A DNA stretch of 44,241 nt, the filler included, from Jimgerdemannia flammicorona (taxonomy: Eukaryota), in assembly GCA_003990765.1 (NCBI GenBank). It is 2 parts of 2 records of this genome, joined end to end, with 100 filler letters (N's around TTAATTAATTAA, not from the genome) between each part and the next. Parts side by side here need not be neighbours in the genome. Positions count along the whole stretch, not along the records: positions 22,175 to 44,241 come from RBNJ01001341.1; 1 more part is not named here. One strand, written 5' to 3'. Positions 35,451-44,241 of this stretch are shown one piece after another (position 1 is the stretch's first letter; the number at the start of each line of letters is the position of its first letter). The notes below the pieces were generated by a model. The model was not told the DNA's origin, did no database searches, and was given only the letters and a program-made list of their open reading frames with translations. Position numbers and translations under genes: made by a program.

Positions 35451-38060
35451 GAATGTTGTGAGTGTCATTGAAATCCCGGTCAAGCTTTGTCTGACATGCT
35501 GGACAGCAAAACACCTTAGATCTGCCTAGGCCACAGTGGAGATATTCATAGCATCCACATGTTTTAAAAGTATATTCTTTGTGCAGAAGATGACCTGGCA
35601 CCATAGATGCTCTTATACTTTATGAGTCAGATAAGTGTGACTATGTGTATATTGTATATGTAGTTTTAGAACAAATATAACATTATTCTATCTGATTATC
35701 TTCTGTATACAGAATTCTGACAAAAAAAATAATATGATAGTTCTCACATAGCTACTGTGTGAGCTTATTATAAATATGTAACATAATATATCACAATCTA
35801 TAATTAGTAAATTTATATATATCTCTTTCAATATCTGATCTCTTTTTTACAGTTGAAGAGGTTAAAAACAATGTATATCAAACTGATCTATAGTATTTAT
35901 GCTTGTTTATCTTTCTATGAATACTATCTCACTTACTTTAAAGCTTATCATATTTATAACTCAGTCTGTAAATATGGATAATATTATTCTTTCCTTACTC
36001 AATTGCTAGCCTACTTGGATCATATCTAGTCATAAAGATTTATACACTAGAATTTAATATAATAACTCCTGTACCTCTTTTACCAGATATAGGGCCTTGG
36101 CTCTTAGTCTATATATTAAGGAGTATAGAGATATAGAGATAGAATTCACTAAGATGATTTATTATAAGCTAACTATTATATTTAAGATTGACTGATAAAG
36201 GTTCAGTAGATCTCATATTAGAGAGGAATGCAAATTCACTATATGATTTCCTCCAGTACTTGGAAAGTATTGCAATTGACTAAAAAAATAAAATAAAATA
36301 AAATAAAATAAAAATAAATTATTGAAAATTATAAGAATTTAATATAAAATCAAAATGATTTTCATTTGTTGATAATTCTTTTTAGAATGAAATTTCATTT
36401 GAAACATATGTTTTGCTATAAAGTTAGAGATATACTCCTTGAAAGAGTCATTTATAGTCTTATAATAAATATCATATGGTGTCTTCAGAACTCACTCATC
36501 ATTGTTCTTGAAGTTAAAAGTATTGAGATACCACACTCTCAGATTCTTCTTACAGTATTTTATACTTTTGTTTTGAACTATGGTGAGATACTGATTATAT
36601 ATCCATCATGTTGTTCTCATTCTTAATTATTAATATTATAAGTATAGTTGTTTTAAGAGACAAAAAAAAAAAAAAAGATAAATTCATCTAATTTTTTTTT
36701 TTTTTTTTTTAACGGACTCATGTCCCATGGAATTTTATTGGAAGGGAACCTAGACTATATAGGCCAAAACCCTCCCCTACCACCCACCAAGCACTGTCTC
36801 CCTATTAACTTAGGTTAGCTATTATCCAGCAGCTCAACCATGCTAGATACAGCAGGACCTATATTGGCCCATATCTCATTCTATACACTATACTCTCCCT
36901 ACTACCAGGAGAAACCCAACTATATGCCAACAACCAAAAGTGCATGCCTGAGAACTCAACATATGTACAAGGCCATGTCTGAGCCAAATAGAATAGCTCC
37001 TGCCATCCCAAAGAGAATGATAGGCAAAAAAAAAACTCTCATCAAAGTACAACATGGTGAGTAGGATCTGGTTCTCCCAGTCGAGGTAAGTAAAGGACTT
37101 ACATATGAGGTGGGAGGAAGCCCCCAATACCCCACTACTCAAGTCTGTGGGCCTTGATCACATTACCATATCAGCTCTCAATTCTAGTTGAGTGCAGCTA
37201 AGATGCCTGAAATGGATAGCCTTGGGCCCTCTGACCCCTCCTGATGACTGGGGCCCAACCCCACTGATCACCAAAAGAAGCTGAGAGTGACACCTACCAC
37301 CTAACCATACTGTATCAATCAAAAGGCCCCACCAAAGCAGCATCTGCCCCAGCCCTAATGACCACCCCCAGCCTGGCACCCTACTGGTTCACCATTATTG
37401 CCCTTCCTCCTATCTGTGATGACCATCTCTCCTCCCATCCTGACAATATCTGAAAAGCAGTTACCTATACCAGAACTGCACTCGCCGGGAAGCTTGTCAA
37501 AGCCAGAGGGCTCCACCACAGGCACCAAAGATCTGCAGGTAACCTATACTGAGCACTTAATGCCCAAGGTCGGCCAACTTCCTACATAGTCTGAGATACA
37601 TCAAGACAACACCTTGTTGGCAATGGTAAAAGGAAGAAGGTGCTGCACTAAAACAAGTATACCCCAGATATAGCTGAAGGCACTAGAATCTGCAAAAAAG
37701 TGGAGGAAGCACCGATCTGATACCAATAAAGGGGCAACTCATCACCATTGCTCTCCTCCCACCATGCCCCTACAGGTACAGCAAACCAACCCAAGGTAAA
37801 GGGGGTAATATTAGGGGAAAGGGAACTTAGAAGGTTGTCTACCAAACCTTGTGACTGATAAGGTAGCGGAGAAAGGAGCCTGGATAAATTCATCCAATAT
37901 ACCAGTATATAATACAGTATTGTAGAAAAAAAAAAATGCTCAAAAGAATAATTATTATATTCTAAGCTTCTACTACTCCTTATAGATAGAAAAGAGGTAG
38001 ATTTTTTATACTTTAGCTAGTAGCTCCTTAGAGATCTTGGTTCTCTTTAATAACTTCTTA
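35413..38060 (-). pseudogene. tnpB: Fanzor2 (IS607-type TnpB) RNA-guided nuclease pseudogene with 3 introns
   Basis: AKV*KIYLF..KLR | MRTT*WIYNQ..E*VLKTPYDI..FQMKFHSKKNYQQ | SIAILSKYW..GVIILNSSV*IFMTRYDPS (RuvC-I, ancestral ALDPGVRTF) | LCENYHII..SEF (RuvC-II) ..EYTFKTCGC..GRSKVFCCPACQTKLDRDFNDTHNILL (Zn finger plus RuvC-III). The start position is uncertain. Confidence 0.9.
36692..37882 (-). mobile_element. 1.19-kb non-autonomous poly(A) retroelement with a 15-bp TSD
   Basis: Poly(T) at 36692-36710 with AATAAA upstream on the minus strand. TSD GATAAATTCATC(T/C)AA at 36677-36691 and 37883-37897. A second copy lies at 14290-15073. Confidence 0.9.
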
Positions 38061-38667
38061 TCTCTGCTTGTAGTTGGTAGCTGAGTATAGTCTGTTATGT
38101 TATATTACAAAAACTGTAATAATGACAAGCAGGTTCTCTGCAAGTTTTCTAGTCTTAGAGTTATTAATAGTACTAATATCTGAATTAAGAACTATAAGCT
38201 GAGTTCATTCTTCTCAAAGATCCATTTTATGAGTTCTGATCCAAAATGATACAACTGATCTTTTTAGACAACTACCACTTCTTCAACTCTTTCTACATGT
38301 ACTCATTCTAAAAGAGTAACAAACCCTCTGTATTTCCAGTTGAGCTCAAGCTGATATCACTGACAATCTCATGTTTTGGAAAACACTATCACAGATCAGT
38401 AATTTGTCATTCAAAATCTCTTTGTTGGTGTTCAGAACTGACTCTGGTATAGCAGATCTTAGTCTTTTGCATGGATTATTGTTGTCTTGTAAGCTGATTG
38501 TTGTCAAACAATCTGTGAATATCTGTAATGAAGTAGAGTTATTTGCCACTGAAGGTTCTGATGAAAGACATGCACTCTGAGACAGCCCACTGCCACAGGG
38601 TTTCGACTAAGACATCATAAGTTTGTTTGATACTATTTGCACTTGTGTAGGTGGTATTTCGAGCCAG
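37962..38667 (-). pseudogene. tnpA: IS607-family TnpA serine recombinase (MerR-like HTH + catalytic domain) pseudogene
   Basis: YTSANSIKQTYDVLVETLWQWA..IRTFSGK*LY (HTH), KICYTRVSSEHQQRDFE*Q (catalytic Ser motif), SDIS / LNWKYRGFVTLLE..VEEVVV*KDQLYHFGSELIKWIFEKN / LAENLLVIITVFV. Two frameshifts and several stops. CTG stands at the expected ATG. Confidence 0.92.
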
Positions 38668-39238
38668 GTTGTTTTTTTTTTTTTTTTTTTTTTTTTTTGG
38701 AGATTTGCTGAGGAATGTGCGGAATCCGCGCATGTGGTAGGTTGCATTTATATGTTTTGCACGTGTTAAATATGAAAGCCAAACAACTATCACTCACATA
38801 CCCCTACTAATTTCCATAGGAAAGTGAGCTTTATTCTGGAACGTTCAGAAACGCTGCAACGGTCAATTATCAAAAGTTGAGTAAGTTGAGCTTTTGGAAC
38901 CAAAGAAAGGTACCCTCTTGATTATTGACAGAGACTTTGCGAGAGCACAGCTAGGGTCCAATGTCATTAGAGCCTCGCAAGTCACCTCTCACAATATTAT
39001 TCCCTCTTCAACCATATGTCCAAACGAAAGTCCCCTTTGGTCCTACCAATCTTCAAGCATCGTGAAAACCCGCCACGGTGCACGTCGCAGCACGCCAAGC
39101 CGCCGCGCGAGCGACGCCTTGACGCAATGAAGGTTTATAGAATGGTGCATGTACAATGGCCTAGGCGGCCGGTGCGAAGTGGAATGATATATGATTTAAA
39201 AGATTTGTATGTGGCGCGTGATGTATTACGCGAGGACG

Positions 39239-40661
39239 TTATCGGCCGAATCGCTGCTCGACCTTGGAATACCGGTACAGACTGCGTAAGAAAAGAGTGT
39301 AGTCGATGCGATCGTGACCGGACATATTACTGTATGAGCGAGACGGTAGATGGAAAAGGAGGTTTGTCGGTCAGTGGGTTTGAGGTACTCCGTGTCGCGG
39401 GACGTGTCAACGCCCATGATAATAATAATGTACAATACTATTCCACAATGTGCCCAGGTCAACACACAGCAAAGATATACATACACAATCTCCGTCAAAC
39501 GTACGTGCCACGGTGGAAACCCTTCAAGGGACACATACTTGTGGGGTGTGCCGCCAATGACGATCATGAGATTCGGTTCGGTGAGATCTTGCTCTGAGGT
39601 AAGCCGGGAAGGAACGGTGATAAATATTGAGGATGGCATATGCGAATCCAGTGATCTCTGCTGCCACGTATTCCATACCATTTCCCACAACTTCCAAATA
39701 GATCCTCACAATAGCATCATTAAGAAGAATTATAGTACCCACTTCGCAGGAACTTGTCTACAAGATTTATGTCTATGTCTTTACTTGATAGCGCTCCCGA
39801 TTGCGCCGCATTGGAAAGGGATTGAGTCATTTCCACGATGTGACCTATGCCATCCTCTGCACTGAAGACGTTCAACTTCACCGCTAGTGGGTGTGAGATA
39901 CGAAAAAGGGGGCTTGAGTTATATGTTCTCATAGTAGACAAATAAAAAAATTGGCGCCGCCAACTTGACAAGCGGACCAGCATTCCGGTTCCTCTATCGG
40001 GTCCCAAATGGTTCGGAACCCAACCCTTCTCCCAAGATAAAAATAACCAACCTGGGACAGACAATGGTTTCGGCGCGTTCTGAACATTGACCTCTGCGAA
40101 CGATTTGCGTTCGACGACATAGCTCTCCCAGCGCCGCCGCGCAGCGAACACTTCCTTGTTAAGGTGGGCGTGCTGCAGTTTCAGCGAACCTGTTGCATGA
40201 GGGGATGGATACGTAGACCACGTTTAACCTACACATCTCTTCCCACTCAGCATAATTCCACCACGCCCAAACAGCGCAACCATTTCGACTCTTATCAGCC
40301 TCTCGCTCAACAAACCTGTAGCCTCATACACGGTGAGCTCGACTATCCCTGCTGCGGAGCAATAACATGCCAGCTTCACGACATCCTGCACAAGCTCCTC
40401 GTCACACCTAGAGGCTCCGCCCTCCTCGTTCATCACAAGAACGGCGAGGTGTCTCGGAATCTTGCTTAGCCGCTCAGTGTCGGCACGGACGGTGTCGGGG
40501 GTGGGTGCTGTACAGGAGGCGAGTGGACCGACATACCATTCGCGCAGGGCGAGATAGGTACGGCGGGTGGCGGTGTGGAGGGCGTAGTAGATATGGAAGA
40601 CATTGAGGGCGAGGATGTAAAAGAGTGCTTGAGCGTGGGTTAGGAGGGCTGTGGACGACAT
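39239..40661 (-). CDS. NUS1: Dehydrodolichyl diphosphate synthase complex subunit Nus1/NgBR, 5 exons
   Basis: Exons 40661-40316, 40189-40052, 39883-39743, 39593-39485, 39329-39239. Motifs KIPRHLAV, AAGIVELTVYEATG, SAEDG, EPNLMIV, LEGFPPWHVRLTEI and the C-terminal YSKVEQRFGR (RxG). Confidence 0.93.
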
Positions 40662-41464
40662 GACGAGGGGGGAAGGGTGAGGGAGAAGGGGAATGTTGGA
40701 GATGAAATAATTTGGGGATGGATTCACGTGAATGTCCAGGGTGGGTTAGTGTCAGGGCTCATGGTGGAACTGTTGTTCGCTTGGCATTGGATCACATTCA
40801 CTCAATGATGCATTGAAACACAAAGGAAGAGGAATGCATATCGAGTCTCAGGCGCTTGCTGGTATATTTTGCATCCATGAGAAAAACAAAGAACACAACG
40901 TCCGAATAACAAACGAGACTGTCCACAACCCAAGAGAGAGCCGAGTTAAAAGAATTGGCGACCAAACAGGCCATAGACCAATAAAGAACAGGCCAAGGAC
41001 GCCCCGGGCGTCCGGCAAAAGCACAGACCAAGATTTAGGGTATAAGGCAAAAACTAGGATAATGCAAAAGCACACTGTAAATGAGGATTGAATGCGAGAA
41101 CAGGATAGTACAGAACAGATGATTTTCTGTATGAACGGAATATAATGTTCGATGAAGAGAAACAAGGGGATATACTACACGTCTAGGCAAAGGCGGGAGG
41201 GAGGGAGGAGGTTTGGGGTAAGGGGAGGGGTAGGGGTAGGGGTAGGGCGCAATGTATATACGGGAAAGGAGTGGTGAGTGATTTGAGAATGCTGATGCAC
41301 AAGACGTAGGAGAGGGGGAGAAGAAATATAGTTTTCGCGGGAAAGGGTAGTTTATAGAACCCCGTAATGTATGAGTTTGCCGAAAAGTTCGATGTAAAAA
41401 TGATGTGAAGAATGCCGACCAGGACCAATCACTACTAAAATGGTGATAAGAAAAAAAGAAAGAA

Positions 41465-41465
<1 letters not shown>

Positions 41466-41526
<61 letters not shown>

Positions 41527-41551
41527 GCGGGAGAAAAAAAAAAAAAAAAAA
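41466..41551 (+). repeat. Long poly(A) tracts (U-rich 3' UTR on the minus strand)
   Basis: A-run of ~60 nt plus a second A-run just 3' of the stop at 41590. Confidence 0.9.
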
Positions 41552-41589
41552 GTCTTTTGGCGAAAAGCCAAACCAATATCTATCACTCT

Positions 41590-44213
41590 CTAGGGTGTTC
41601 CAGGGAGCCCGTTCCACCCAACACTGCTGGCCCTCCTCTGTCCTCCAGGTCCCATAACTCCCATCATGCTCGCGGGCCTCCCACTGGGCGTCATACCCAT
41701 GGGAGCCATTCCCATAGGAGCCATCCCTATGGGCATCATGGGCACCATTCCCATGGACCCCATATTTCCCATATTCCCCATTCCCATATTCCCCATTCCC
41801 ATATTCCCCATGGGCCCCATAGTGACGCCGAGACCCATCATGGATCCGGGGCCACCGGGCGGTGCGAGGAACATGGGCCCGCCGAAAGAGGGGTCCATCA
41901 TCATACCGGATAGGATGGGCGTAGAATGGCTGGGGGTCGGGTGTGGGCCTCCGTGCGGGGAGACACTGCGGCGGCTACTGGAACCGTGGTGATGGCGCGG
42001 GGATTGGGACAAGCCGCTAGGGGAACGCTGGCCTGGGTGGTCTGTGAAGCCCATGGAGGAAGCCGGACGGCCAGCGACGGGGGGTGGGCGTTTCTTCTGG
42101 GTGGAGCTCGAGGAATGCGGATGGTAATTACCCTGGTTCGGGTTGGCCGACCTGTTGCTCTTGGGTGGCTTTGACTGCTGTTGCTGCTGCTGCTGGAAGT
42201 TGACGGTACCCATGCCTGGTGTCGGGAGCTTGGCGAGGAGGCCTTCGATATGAGGCTGCTTCGGGGTGGAGACGCCGCGGCGCTGGTTCTTGGTTAGCTC
42301 GGCGCGCTGGGCCTCGCGCTCCAGCAGAATGTCCATGCCGGACATGCTGAGGCGGTTCGCGCTGCGGCGGTTGGGGTTCGCCGACCGGGTAGCCATGGGC
42401 TGCTGCTGCAGCTGCATCACCGGCATCATCAGTGGCGACTCGCTGTCGCCCAACGTATTCCTCCGCGTACGCTGCTCGAACCGGCCTTGCGGCGGTGGGA
42501 CCATAGGCCCAAAGCCGGCGAGTTGGTCCACAGATGCCGGGCGCTGTCGGAGCCCTGCCGCTGCGAAGTCGTAGTTCTCCTGAGCGAGGGCGTTCTGCTG
42601 CTCGTTGTAGTACGCCATATCGTGGTAGGGGTTCTGTCGCAGGCCTTCGACGTCCTCGACCATGGTGCGGCGCCAGTTTTCAATGGCCGAGACACGTTCG
42701 GGCTCCTCCTTGCCTGGCTCCAGTACGGGGCGTTGTTGCGGCGTTGCTTGGCGGGAGATTGGCGTGCCGCGCCCAGAGCCGGCGGCCATGACGGTGGCCA
42801 TCATGTCGGTTTGGTCAAAGGAGGAGGAGGAGGCTCTTTGGTGGCTGGGGCGTGCACCGATGGGTGTGTCCTCGTCCTCGTCCTCGTCCTCGTCGTCCTC
42901 GTCCTCTTCCTCCTCTTCGTCGGAGCTTGACGGAGGTTGGAGGTTACGGATGCGGGGGGATTGTTGGGAGAGCCCTTCGACGGCGGACGCGGAGACCCGG
43001 CGAACTGAAGGACCATGCGGCGCCTGCAATAAGTATGACGTATCTAAAGGCCAACAAAATTGAAGACTTTTAATCGGTTTTCCGTAACATATATGCTCAG
43101 TGCATAATATGAGGCGAGCTTTCCGAGAATGAAGTGAGCAAAGTGATAATCCCCCTTCCTTCTGTCAACTCGGTGCCCATGCCAGATTAATTTCACATTC
43201 CTCATTTCCTCCCATTTTCTACCAGTATCTGTGACACACCAACCCCTCTTTGTAGCCCACAAAAGAAATGAAAAAGGAATACAACGCGCACGAGTGAAGA
43301 ATGAAAATTAACAACAATACGAACCTGGTGCTGAGGAGGGCAAGCTTGGAATGAGTGAAGAACGCGAAGCGGAAGACCGTTGCGGTGGTTTTAATTCCTC
43401 GCTGTCGTCATCCTCATCTACATTGCATGAAGAGTACGAAATAAAATGAGAATCAACAATATTTCTCCAAAATAAAAAATACAAACTCCAACAAATATCA
43501 CCCGAAAACGGCAAATCACAGACACATACCCTCATCTTCATTCCCGTCTTCGTCTTCATCATCATCAGTGTCGTCGTCGTCGTCGTCTTCGTCATCGCTT
43601 GCCAGTTGCTTTTTCTTGCCGTGCTTGCCGCTGATTTTAACGGCCTTGCCGGCAGCTTTACTGGTGCCTACCTTCGCCCCTTCGGTAGGGTTGTATTGGT
43701 GCTGTAGGCGCGATTTCGGCATGGCTCTTGTGGCATCTGTGGAACACGAATGGGAAATCAGTGGAAGTTGCGGAGCCACACATTCGCATCCATAACGTCG
43801 CGCCGAGTCGCAAACTCCAAAGGAAGAGGGAACACACCTGAGTTTCGCTTCTGGTTCGCAAAGTCGGACCTTTGGCTGTTCAAATCCTCGCTATTGCTGT
43901 CGGAATTGCTGTCCCACCTACTTGAGTTGGAACCCCGTCTATAATCCCTCGACTGCCCGAGGGGAAGGTTGTCGGCCGATCGGCTACCGTGACTGCCCCT
44001 GAGTCCGTTTTTGAGTTGCTGCTGCTGCCGGCCCTGCCCCTGAGGCGCGCCGCGTCTTTGTTTCGGAGGCGGGCTCTGCGGGATGTGAGATTGGTGGAAT
44101 ATGACACTTTTCTGCCAAGGCTCGGCATCATCCTCCCCGGCATCGGGGGTCTTGATGGCTTTGGCGAGGGCGAGTCGGGAGAAGTTGACAGTGATGTTGT
44201 CGACGGCGGACAT
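41590..44213 (-). CDS. Uncharacterised multi-exon low-complexity (acidic, Q-, P/M/G-rich) protein
   Basis: Exons 44213-43838, 43736-43530, 43417-43325 and a terminal exon 43023-41590, with GT/AG borders. A phase mismatch before the last exon implies an unresolved exon near 43230-43090 or two genes. Confidence 0.7.
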
Positions 44214-44241
44214 TTAGGAATGTGTGAAGGGGGGAGGGGGG

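Larger units (their letters stand above)
35318..38727 (-). mobile_element. Eukaryotic IS607-like transposon (TnpA serine recombinase + Fanzor2/TnpB), hypermutated
   Basis: Tandem overlapping tnpA and tnpB pseudogenes, a GG at each inferred end, a 23-bp imperfect subterminal inverted repeat, and a CpG-depleted island between CpG-rich flanks. Confidence 0.9.

Noticed and set aside
35798..37955. Fanzor introns as U12 AT-AC or novel AT-AG introns
   Set aside because: No ATATCC donor consensus and the acceptors are AG; G>A mutation of GT is simpler given the surrounding transitions.
39016..39865. + strand ORFs of 193 and 171 aa
   Set aside because: Overlap NUS1 exons and introns in antisense; no recognisable motifs.
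41035..41913. Poly-Phe and poly-Lys ORFs
   Set aside because: Artefacts of the A/T homopolymers and of the antisense strand of the real gene.

Overview
Eukaryotic, intron-rich fungal-type DNA; an early-diverging (Mucoromycota-like) origin is inferred from gene style, not proven. Bases 1-~31290 are a nested graveyard of decayed, CpG-stripped transposons: five L1/Tx1-type LINE copies, Ty3/Gypsy chromovirus remnants with three related LTRs, a foldback MITE, a long-TIR Tc1, and an assembly gap. Bases ~31290-44241 are CpG-rich genic DNA with a 9-exon two-LIM CRP-like gene, an egt2-like PLP C-S lyase, NUS1 and a low-complexity protein gene. The main find lies between the convergent egt2-like and NUS1 genes and is almost invisible in the ORF track. 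It is an apparently full-length but hypermutated IS607-type element (minus strand, ~38727-35318) with a serine-recombinase TnpA and a Fanzor2 (eukaryotic TnpB) gene split by three spliceosomal-type introns. It also has GG-bounded ends, an omegaRNA-like 3' scaffold with a readable guide, and a TSD-flanked non-autonomous retroelement inside intron 1. A second notable pattern is a ~170-bp CpG island kept in two 5' LTRs but fully erased in a 3' LTR of the same family. All translations and alignments were done by eye, so boundaries of decayed elements are approximate.
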